A stretch of DNA of 24,000 nt from Nitrososphaeria archaeon (lineage in GTDB: Archaea > Thermoproteota > Nitrososphaeria > Conexivisphaerales > DTJL01): contig JARVJU010000003.1 in assembly GCA_029775965.1 (NCBI GenBank), forward strand, positions 1 to 24,000, given 5' to 3'. Shown here piece by piece: positions 7,136-14,693 of this stretch. A program made the translations under genes and the position numbers. The notes beneath the pieces were generated by a model. That model saw only the letters and a list, made by a program, of their open reading frames with translations. It was not told the origin of the DNA and did not search any database. Numbering within the stretch: position 1 is the first letter of the stretch; each line of letters begins with the position of its first letter.

Positions 7136-7579
7136 ATGACGGAAGCAAACAGTATCTTATCTAACCTGAAGGTAATCGGTGCAATAGCTGTTATAGCTAT
7201 CGTAGGAGGTTTAGCAGTATACGGTGGCACAATCCTTGCTCAGAACATTCAGGGAACTCCAGTAAGGTCTGTCCCAGAGTCCATCAAGATAGTACATGTC
7301 AGCATTGTTCCAGGTGCTGCTACAAATACGAATCTAGCGGGATACTCGCCCGATGTAATAACAGTGGTAATAGGTGTAAACAATACAGTTACATGGACAA
7401 ATAATGACTCTTATCCGCATACAGTCACGGCAGTAAATGGCGCATTTGCCTCAGGTAATATGAATCCAGGCGCTAGTTATACATATACATTCAGTACTCC
7501 GGGCGTATACAACTATACCTGCAGCTATCATTACTGGATGCATGGTGAAGTCATAGTAAAGCAAGCAACAGCTGCCTGA
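7136..7579 (+). CDS. membrane-anchored type-1 (blue) copper protein, cupredoxin fold
   Basis: N-terminal hydrophobic anchor (VIGAIAVIAIVGGLAVYGG). Ligand pattern NNDSYPHTV (His) ... YNYTCSYHYWMHG (Cys-x2-His-x2-Met, amicyanin-like short loop). Confidence 0.85.
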   Translation: MTEANSILSNLKVIGAIAVIAIVGGLAVYGGTILAQNIQGTPVRSVPESIKIVHVSIVPGAATNTNLAGYSPDVITVVIGVNNTVTWTNNDSYPHTVTAVNGAFASGNMNPGASYTYTFSTPGVYNYTCSYHYWMHGEVIVKQATAA

Positions 7580-7629
7580 CTCAAGCTAGTATGAGTCTGG
7601 AATAAAAAAATAAAGTGAATGATTCATCG

Positions 7630-8256
7630 TTAACCGTAACCATAGCCGTAACCGCTACTGCTTGATGAACTGCTAGAGCTCACTCCTGGCTGTACAACAC
7701 CTACTGTTATAGTACCCGGGTTGTTCGGCAGTCCCCACCAGTCGCCAGTTAAGACCCAGTGTCCCCCTGTATATGCATAGTCCAGTTCATAAGGCAATTT
7801 GAGAGTAACTGTACCATTTCCAAGCAGATACCATACAATGGCTGTAACTTTTGCAGATGTAGTACCACTAAACACTAAAGAGTAGTCAGTAACTATGTAA
7901 TATACAGTGGTGGTATGGGAGAAGAAGGCTTGCCATGTAGCACTTATTGAGCTTGCTGTCGTGTAGGTCCCATTAAGCGCGCTACCTTTTACATACCAGT
8001 ATAGGACAGAGTTAGAGCCATACTGAGATAATGTTGCGCTGAGGTTCTTTTGACCGATAGCTGCCCAGTGCTCATAGGCTAGAGCTGTAACGGTATCACT
8101 TGGCGTAGCAACAGGAGTAGTAGAGCTTGAAGAAGTGGATGTTGTGAGTTTAGAGATGTACAGACCGAATCCAACTGCTGCTATTACTATAAGAACTACA
8201 ACAACAGCTGCAAAAACTGTGTTGGCTACACCTCTAGATCTTTTGTATAGATGCAT
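7630..8256 (-). CDS. secreted/anchored protein: pilin-like signal, Ser/Thr linker, NTF2/SnoaL-like domain (tentative), poly-Ser-(GY)3G tail
   Basis: N-terminus KRSRG|VANTVFAAVVVVLIVIAAVGFGLYI, then TTSTSSSSTTPVATPS. The core has a W/Y-rich alternating beta pattern, and several N-x-S/T sequons are present. The C-terminus is SSSSSSSSSGYGYGYG (7633-7680). Confidence 0.6.
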   Translation of the reverse strand: MHLYKRSRGVANTVFAAVVVVLIVIAAVGFGLYISKLTTSTSSSSTTPVATPSDTVTALAYEHWAAIGQKNLSATLSQYGSNSVLYWYVKGSALNGTYTTASSISATWQAFFSHTTTVYYIVTDYSLVFSGTTSAKVTAIVWYLLGNGTVTLKLPYELDYAYTGGHWVLTGDWWGLPNNPGTITVGVVQPGVSSSSSSSSSGYGYGYG

Positions 8257-8441
8257 TTGGCAAAAAGTAGAATATGTTGTATAATAATCTTTCTCACAAT
8301 TTATCCAAAATGTAAGATATTAATATCGAGCTCTGAGTAGCAATACAAATTTATTTCGCTAAGAAATATGCTTATCTCATGGCAATTCATCTTTCACAGA
8401 TGAGATATATTCCGAAAGTAAAGGATGCTTTTTAACTGCAA

Positions 8442-8531
8442 TGGGCGTGGGAGGATTCGAACCTCCGATTCCCGCTGTCTTCCCGGCACTGCCTGTGAGA
8501 GCGGTGTCTTAGACCACTGGACCACACGCCC
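8442..8531 (-). tRNA. tRNA-Val(CAC) with a 16-nt intron at the canonical 37/38 position; CCA not encoded
   Basis: Hand-folded cloverleaf. Acceptor GGGCGTG/CACGCCC (7 bp) with discriminator A. D-arm with GG. Anticodon stem CCGCT/AGCGG, loop CU-CAC-A[intron GGCAGTGCCGGGAAGA, 8478-8493]C. Variable loop GAATC. T-arm GGAGG-TTCGAAT-CCTCC. Intron GTG pairs with the anticodon CAC. Confidence 0.85.
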
Positions 8532-8565
8532 TTGCCAGGTCTGTTTAGAAAAGCACATATGAACC

Positions 8566-8754
8566 TTATTCTACTGGGTTCTTTTTCATATAATCTTGTA
8601 AAGCCTTTTGCAACTCTTCGCTAGCCTTTCTAGTACTGCCATACTTTCTCAGGCAGTAGACTAGGAACTCGGTCCATACATCTTTGTCCAGCGAAATGCT
8701 TGTCTTGACTTTGCGCATCTTTCTTTTGGTATAGCAGTACTGCTGTATATACAT
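8566..8754 (-). CDS. small ribbon-helix-helix (CopG/antitoxin-like) DNA-binding protein
   Basis: MRKVKTSISLDKDVWTEFLVYCLRKYGSTRKASEELQKALQDYMKKN fits a beta-strand plus two helices RHH layout. The start is ambiguous: ATG 8754 (62 aa) or ATG 8718 (50 aa, canonical RHH length). Each has a TATA-like box about 26 nt upstream. Confidence 0.6.
   Translation of the reverse strand: MYIQQYCYTKRKMRKVKTSISLDKDVWTEFLVYCLRKYGSTRKASEELQKALQDYMKKNPVE
8733..8744. promoter_or_regulatory. perfect 12-bp palindrome AGCAGTACTGCT, candidate RHH auto-operator
   Basis: It lies between the TATA-like GTATATAC (8745-8752) and ATG 8718 of the RHH gene. The flanks extend it imperfectly to about 18 bp. Confidence 0.3.
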
Positions 8755-9006
8755 TACTCTGTCTATACCGCTATACTTATATAACGAAAGTGCTAAACCT
8801 TATGTGCTTGCATTCAAAAGAGGAAAGTAATACTGATGTGTTTTTGAAAGGGATACATGCTACAGATCATGAGCTCCTCGAAGCAATGGCGGAACTACTC
8901 GATAATATGAATATAAGGAATATGGAATCAGATTAGAAAACTATTTGAATGCGAGAGTTTTTCCCATAGATTAATATTTTAGCTCTAGGGAACACGACGG
9001 TTTGTC

Positions 9007-11157
9007 TTGATTAGAATAAGACCTACAGCAGAACCTAAAAAAGTATCAGCCTTTCTGGGAATAACAATCGCCTTTGCTTTAGGTCTTATGTTCAGAATAC
9101 AGATGTCCCAGTTCGGCTATTATCTTGATGGCTTTGACCCTTACTTCCATTATTATGTAACTTCAATTTTAGTAAGGGATCTATCAACACAAGGATTTGC
9201 TGGAATTTCTAATTTCTTTTCAACTGTTGACTATAAGGCATGGTATCCTGTTGGGTTGAACATTGCAACACAGACTTACCCAGGTATGTACTTTACTTCA
9301 GCTTTCTTATATGAATTCATAAAAGCAATAGGAATAAGAATGACACTTTACGAATTTTTGGTCATTGAACCAGCATTCTTTGGCGCATTGCTAGCAATTC
9401 CTGCATATCTGATCGGTTCGAAACTTCACAACGGAACGGTTGGCGTTATTTCTGCCCTTTCTGTAGCTGTAATACCAGATATGCTGTCGCGTACAAGCAT
9501 AGGATCGTACAGGCATGAACCTTTTGCAATACTTGGTGGTATGTTAGCTATATATTTCATCATAATGTCCTATGAAGAGAATGTAGATAGTAAAAGGTCG
9601 CTTATGTATGCCATGGTAGCTGGCTTGATGCTTGGTTATGCCAATATTGTATGGGGAGGTGGAATGTACTTTAATGGTATTGCAGCTGTGTCTTTTCTTT
9701 TAATTCCACTGCTCATCCCTACTGATTATACAAAATGCCTTAACGCTTTTGCTGTACTGATTGTAGATCTCTCAGTAGGGATGGCATTTCCAAATCCAGG
9801 AATCTCTTGGCTATACAATGCAACTATCATCGCCATGGCTGCAGGAGGGTCTGCAGGGCTCTTGCTGACAGCAATAACTAAACATGCCAAAGATGCCAAC
9901 AAGATAATAGATAAGTGGGTTTTTGCAATTATCGTATCTCTGATAGGAATTGTTTCCTTGTTCACAGGCCTTGTGCCCGGGCTAGCAGGAAAATACTTGG
10001 TTCTGATAAACCCCATTACGACAGCGGCTGGGGCAGCGGTACACACAGTTGCAGAGCAGCAAGCAACAAGTGGCGTCCAGTTCTTACATACTTATACTGT
10101 TTTACTTTTTCTCTCTGTTCTCGGTGGATATTTTGCACTTAAGAAGAAGAATGCTGCTTCAGTAATCATGGTTGTCACTTTACTGTCAGCTTTGTACTTT
10201 GCATCCACATACGTGAGACTTACAGAGCTGTTACCTATGCCCATAGGTGTCCTTGCCGGTTTTGGGACATCCAAGCTGCTTGAGAATGAAGAAAAAGATG
10301 CAGGCAAAAAGAAGTTAGCAAGAGAAGCAAGAGTCGCTATGAAGAGCGTAGTTTCTATCCTTCTGATCTTTCTGATAGCTGTTACAGCAATATATGTCTG
10401 GCTACCCGGAGTTGTAGATAGGGGATATTCTATTACTTCGTCAGCAACCATACTCCCCGGCCAAGTATACGTCCCTGCCTGGCTTCAAGCCCTCACATGG
10501 ATAAGTGAAAATACACCTCAAAACGCAAAGATAGTGTCGTGGTGGGATTATGGCTATTGGATAGAGACTATGGGTAACAGAACAACATTCATAGACGGGG
10601 CTACTATCAATTCAGCTGTCATGGCAGAAGTAGCAAGGATGTTCCTAAGTAACGAAACACAGGCAGTTAATATAATGAAAGACTTGGGCGGGAATTATGT
10701 AGTTGTGTTTCTTACCCTGATAAAGGTGACACAGTCTGGAGCCTCATACTACACTCTTGGAAGAGTAAATGGAATAGGAGGGGATGACAGCAAATATGAT
10801 GCTATGGCTGCTATAGCAGGCTTGAACGATAGCATCTTCAACAATGCATATACAGACATGCCGAACAGATATTTTTGGAATAATACTCTTCTGGGTCAAC
10901 TATTCCCTCTAAACTACGTTGGTTATGGCCTTTATGATACAAGCACTGGAAGCTTCAGCATAGAACCTAGCTACAACCCAAGCTACTTAGGACAGACTAA
11001 CATGATACAGATTCCTCTCTATACTATGCAGCAGAAGTATCCGTTTGGCGCTTCTCCTTTTGAGCTTGTCTTCCAGTCTTCTTCTGCACCAGTTGCAGGA
11101 AATGTGATAGCTCAGGTATTTGTGTATAAATTCGACCCGTCAAACGCTCCAGCTTAG
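9007..11157 (+). CDS. aglB: archaeal oligosaccharyltransferase AglB (STT3 family)
   Basis: 716 aa, polytopic N-terminal domain with the first-loop DGFDPYFHYY motif. The catalytic WWDYGYWIE motif is followed by a soluble C-terminal domain. TTG start is needed to include TM1. Confidence 0.95.
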   Translation: MIRIRPTAEPKKVSAFLGITIAFALGLMFRIQMSQFGYYLDGFDPYFHYYVTSILVRDLSTQGFAGISNFFSTVDYKAWYPVGLNIATQTYPGMYFTSAFLYEFIKAIGIRMTLYEFLVIEPAFFGALLAIPAYLIGSKLHNGTVGVISALSVAVIPDMLSRTSIGSYRHEPFAILGGMLAIYFIIMSYEENVDSKRSLMYAMVAGLMLGYANIVWGGGMYFNGIAAVSFLLIPLLIPTDYTKCLNAFAVLIVDLSVGMAFPNPGISWLYNATIIAMAAGGSAGLLLTAITKHAKDANKIIDKWVFAIIVSLIGIVSLFTGLVPGLAGKYLVLINPITTAAGAAVHTVAEQQATSGVQFLHTYTVLLFLSVLGGYFALKKKNAASVIMVVTLLSALYFASTYVRLTELLPMPIGVLAGFGTSKLLENEEKDAGKKKLAREARVAMKSVVSILLIFLIAVTAIYVWLPGVVDRGYSITSSATILPGQVYVPAWLQALTWISENTPQNAKIVSWWDYGYWIETMGNRTTFIDGATINSAVMAEVARMFLSNETQAVNIMKDLGGNYVVVFLTLIKVTQSGASYYTLGRVNGIGGDDSKYDAMAAIAGLNDSIFNNAYTDMPNRYFWNNTLLGQLFPLNYVGYGLYDTSTGSFSIEPSYNPSYLGQTNMIQIPLYTMQQKYPFGASPFELVFQSSSAPVAGNVIAQVFVYKFDPSNAPA

Positions 11158-11362
11158 CTCAAATCACTTTTAACAGCCTATTTGAGTTATCACTACAGTT
11201 AAACATGCGATGAATCGCTAGCTGCAGCACTGAAACTTCAGCAACTTTACTCTAATTTATCATCTATATTTGCCAGAGGAGCTTGTTATGGTTCTGCGCG
11301 TAAATATTGAAAGTATAGAATAATGCTCTGGCTCGAAAGGCTAACTGACCTGGCAAAGTTAC

Positions 11363-12691
11363 ATGTATCAAGTCAGAACCTTTTTAACAGATAGGAAAAG
11401 CGATGGAATTATGGCTTTAGGTAATGATGCAAGGCTACTATTAGCTGCAGTTATATTTGTCACAGTTTACTCTATGCTTTGGGTAAGAAGAAAGGGCAAG
11501 CCACTGCTTCCTATGTGGATAATATTCCTGATAGGAGGGATTCTTATGCTTTTAACAGGTATAGAAACTGTAAAGCAGGCAGCATCTTCCATCGATATTC
11601 AGGTACTTGTATTTCTTTTCGGGATGTTCATGATTTCTAAAGGATTAGAGCTTTCCGGAGACCTGGAGAAGATGTCTAGCTGGATAGTTAGGCATGGTGT
11701 TACACCTTTTCGCTTAATGATGCTCCTATCCTTTGGCTTTGGTCTTACTTCAGCTGTATTGATGAATGATTCTTTGGCAATTATAGGCACCCCTATACTG
11801 ATAAGCTATGCAAGGAAAGTCAGGATAGACGCCAAACCTCTTCTTTATGCGCTCGCCTTTGCTGTCACAATAGGAAGTGCCATGACCCCGATGGGAAACC
11901 CACAAAACATGCTTATAGCATTGCAGAGTGGTATAAAGGAACCTTTAGTATCTTTTCTCTTTTATATTGCACCTTTTTCACTAATAGAGCTGTTTGTTAC
12001 ATCAGTCTTCCTCCTGTACATCTATAGGCCCAAGCTCAGACTGGGTAAAGAAAGCATTGAGCTGACAGTGCTGAACGACCCTGAACTTTCGAAATGGTCC
12101 AGAACTGCGCTTGCTGTATCTATTATAGCAATAATTTACTCTAACCTTGCCCAGCTTTTAGGATACAGTCCTCTAATAGATATAGCTGAGGCATCCTTTA
12201 TTGGATCTGTTTTTCTTCTTGTTGCTTCGAAAAGAAGAATCGAACTTTTAAAAAGAATGGACTGGAGTGTTCTACTGATGTTTGTAGGCCTCTTCGTATT
12301 CACAGAAGGAGTTTATTCAGGAGGGATTTTTAACTTGATCTCTTCCTATATATTACACCTTTCAGGAGATAATCTTCTCTACTTTATAGTATCTGCAAGT
12401 ATACTGATTAGTCAAGTGATAAGCAATGTTCCATTAGCCATACTGCTTATGCCGCTCTTCAAACAATTGATACTTCCTTCTCAGGCTGGATACTGGGCAG
12501 CTTTTGCAGCATCAAGCACATTAGCTGGAGCTCTGACATTGCTTGGAGCAGCTAGTAATCTGATAGTTGCTGAGCAGGCTCAGAAGTATGGGGAGAGCAT
12601 TTCATTCAGAGAATTTGCTAAGCTAGGATTAGTAATAACAACTACTGGTGTAGTCATTTTGCTTCTAACTTTGAAACTCTATGGCCTATAA
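11363..12691 (+). CDS. ArsB/NhaD-superfamily anion permease (YbiR/citrate-transporter-like)
   Basis: About 12 hydrophobic segments, the GSAMTPMGNPQNMLIA motif and an internal two-fold repeat organisation. The more likely start is ATG 11411 (MALGNDARLLL). Confidence 0.75.
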   Translation: MYQVRTFLTDRKSDGIMALGNDARLLLAAVIFVTVYSMLWVRRKGKPLLPMWIIFLIGGILMLLTGIETVKQAASSIDIQVLVFLFGMFMISKGLELSGDLEKMSSWIVRHGVTPFRLMMLLSFGFGLTSAVLMNDSLAIIGTPILISYARKVRIDAKPLLYALAFAVTIGSAMTPMGNPQNMLIALQSGIKEPLVSFLFYIAPFSLIELFVTSVFLLYIYRPKLRLGKESIELTVLNDPELSKWSRTALAVSIIAIIYSNLAQLLGYSPLIDIAEASFIGSVFLLVASKRRIELLKRMDWSVLLMFVGLFVFTEGVYSGGIFNLISSYILHLSGDNLLYFIVSASILISQVISNVPLAILLMPLFKQLILPSQAGYWAAFAASSTLAGALTLLGAASNLIVAEQAQKYGESISFREFAKLGLVITTTGVVILLLTLKLYGL

Positions 12692-13429
12692 TACATCGAA
12701 ATAGATTCTGAACCCTTGTTCAGCGGTAGTTAGCCTATCTATTCTGACACCCTTTAATTCTGAAAGTTTCTCTACATGAGTTCCGCCACATGGAATTGGA
12801 TCATAACCCTCTATCTTAACCATCCTTATCTGTCTTGCATTTTTCAAAGCATTCTGCCAGAATTCTCTTAGTTGAACCGAACTATCATTATCGATAATGT
12901 ATGATGATACCTTCAAGCCCTTTTTTATGCTATCCTGCATTATCGAGTAGACCCTTTCTACTGTATCTTTACTTGGCATTTCACCTTTATACCCGACATA
13001 AGATTCGTCTCCAAGCCAAGAGACTGTTGGCTCATACTCCTTTCCTGTAGCTGCTTTTAATGCTCCATCAAAAAGATGGGCAGCTGCATGTCTTCTCATA
13101 TACAGATACCTCGTATCCCAGTCTATAGCTTCCTCTGCCTTTCCCAACTTCGGCTCGCCACTTGACTTGCCATACAGTACTACTACATCATTCACCTTGA
13201 AAGCTTTCTTTACGTTCAAGGTAAAACTTGGAGAAATTATCATTCCTGTATCGTTAGGCTGTCCGCCACTCTTTGGGTAAAAGATTGTCTTTTCTGGAAT
13301 TAAGTAGTAAGAGCTGCCGCTCTCCTTAACTACTTTTAGCAGATTGGTTTCGTTTGTCTTTGAATATGGTTTCTCAAGGTAGAGTAGTTTGGTTGGAGGT
13401 ATATCCTTTACAATATCGTCAAGCTTCAA
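12686..13429 (-). CDS. alaX: AlaX-type alanyl-tRNA editing protein (AlaX-M size)
   Basis: Zinc/editing motifs RRHAAAHLF (HxxxH) and PCGGTHV (CxxxH). 247 aa. The TTG start overlaps the Nudix stop (TTGA). Confidence 0.85.
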   Translation of the reverse strand: MKLDDIVKDIPPTKLLYLEKPYSKTNETNLLKVVKESGSSYYLIPEKTIFYPKSGGQPNDTGMIISPSFTLNVKKAFKVNDVVVLYGKSSGEPKLGKAEEAIDWDTRYLYMRRHAAAHLFDGALKAATGKEYEPTVSWLGDESYVGYKGEMPSKDTVERVYSIMQDSIKKGLKVSSYIIDNDSSVQLREFWQNALKNARQIRMVKIEGYDPIPCGGTHVEKLSELKGVRIDRLTTAEQGFRIYFDVL

Positions 13430-13857
13430 GCCCTAAAGGTTCCTTCCAAGCCCCTCAAAAATGCATCGGCTTCCTGAAGTACTCTTTTGGCATTATCATA
13501 GCTCAGTTTTTGCATCGCTTCTTCATAGGTCATCCATAGAAATCCCTGATGCTCATCCGAGACCTGAACAGCAGAAGGCTTAGTCTCCATGAGGAAAAAA
13601 GTAACCTCCTTTGGATTTTGCTGCCCCTGTTTTCTATACGTGTATTTTATTGTAACCTTGAAGCCAGGGAGTATCCTTAGATGTTTGAGCCCTGTTTCCT
13701 CGTTCACTTCACGCAGCGCTGCATCTTCTTCTGTCTCTTTATCCGCTAAATGCCCTTTTGGGAACTCCCAGTACCCCTTTCTGTTAATCATGAGTAAATA
13801 CCTAGGGCTATCGCTACCAGCTCTGTAGAATATGACGCCGCCTGCAGATTTCTCCAT
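13426..13857 (-). CDS. Nudix hydrolase
   Basis: Complete Nudix box GHLADKETEEDAALREVNEETGL (Gx5Ex7REUxEExGU). Confidence 0.9.
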   Translation of the reverse strand: MEKSAGGVIFYRAGSDSPRYLLMINRKGYWEFPKGHLADKETEEDAALREVNEETGLKHLRILPGFKVTIKYTYRKQGQQNPKEVTFFLMETKPSAVQVSDEHQGFLWMTYEEAMQKLSYDNAKRVLQEADAFLRGLEGTFRA

Positions 13858-13956
13858 GCTACTAAATCAGATGTAAAGCCACTGATAAAAGTTTGCTTTA
13901 AAAATCTTCAGAGCTGTATCCAAAGGTTAAAAATATCTGCTATCAAAAGCTAAGCA

Positions 13957-14337
13957 ATGCCAAGAACATTCAGGGCCCCGCAAGGAGTATTGAGAACGCT
14001 TATCCTTGCTTATGCATCTCGTTCCCCAGTCAATGGTGTAGAGATAGCAAGGTCAGTGGCAAAGGATACGGAGGGTAGATGGAATCCAAGTCCTGGTTCT
14101 TTGTACTACCTGCTAAAAGAGCTCAAGGAAGATGGCCTGCTGCTGGAGATGAAACAAGGAGGAGAAAGAAGGTACATATGTACACACAAGGGAGAGGAGG
14201 AAATGAGAAAAGCTCACACTATGCTGAAGGAGATGACTTTGCGCTACCTTGATATGCTGAGGCTCTTAGCTAGGATGCTAAACCATGATGATTATAAGAG
14301 GATCGAAGAAGTAAAAAAGATCCTTAGCCCGTTTTAG
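13957..14337 (+). CDS. PadR-family winged-helix transcriptional regulator
   Basis: LRTLILAYAS..PVNGVEIA......GRWNPSPGSLYYLLKELKEDGLL matches the PadR N-terminal wHTH. It is divergent from the Nudix-alaX pair across a 99-bp spacer. Confidence 0.85.
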   Translation: MPRTFRAPQGVLRTLILAYASRSPVNGVEIARSVAKDTEGRWNPSPGSLYYLLKELKEDGLLLEMKQGGERRYICTHKGEEEMRKAHTMLKEMTLRYLDMLRLLARMLNHDDYKRIEEVKKILSPF

Positions 14338-14672
14338 GTAAAATAAGTCAGGCTCCTGAGAATTATCCCCGTCTACTCTTACTAATTCCGCTGGATACTA
14401 GGAATACAATAGAAAAGGTACGAGCCTCAGACAAGGCCTTCCTTTGAGTAGGTTTGATATGATTAACATCTTTCCTTACTTGCATATCTAGTAGTGTAAA
14501 AGTCTGCTAAATGGATCCTTTTTTGCTGCAGTTGATATTGATATAATTCATGCTTGTCTGGTATTTTATCCTGCGACATATTCTCCAAGGGATAAAAGTT
14601 GCTGTTAGTTTTTTTATTCGAATGATACCAAAACTGGCCTAGGGGTTGTTATCAAATGGCAAAGCACACCAA

Positions 14673-14690
14673 GGCTTGAAAAGACAAGCC
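14673..14690 (-). terminator. hairpin immediately after the ABC operon stop codon
   Basis: GGCTTG-AAAAGA-CAAGCC: 6-bp stem, 3 nt downstream (minus sense) of the stop at 14694-14696. On the transcript the loop reads UCUUUU. Function is unproven. Confidence 0.3.
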
Positions 14691-14693
14691 AAG

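Noticed and set aside
6634-7230. Three minus-strand ORFs (6634-6927, 6906-7088, 7048-7230) overlapping the tnpB 3' end and the cupredoxin start
   Set aside because: They are antisense to strongly supported genes with no motifs. The region is better explained by tnpB, its structured 3' end and the cupredoxin gene.
8257-8441. Integrated-element attachment site next to the tRNA (inverted repeat TATCTCAT...ATGAGATA at about 8384-8418)
   Set aside because: I could find no duplicated tRNA 3' segment elsewhere in the window and no integrase gene. The 8-bp inverted repeat with a 19-nt loop is unremarkable.
8802-8936. 44-codon ORF (MCLHSKEESNTDVFLKGIHATDHELLEAMAELLDNMNIRNMESD) between the RHH gene and aglB
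   Set aside because: It is short, with no SD or well-placed TATA noticed and no recognisable motif. It cannot be distinguished from chance without conservation or expression data.
14338-14693. The 356-bp gap after padR examined for a MITE, small RNA or missed gene (palindromes TCAGGCTCCTGA and AAGGCCTT, T7 run at 14609-14615)
   Set aside because: No terminal inverted repeats, no ORF longer than about 37 codons and no conserved RNA motifs were seen. It is probably just 3' UTR/terminator space for the convergent genes.
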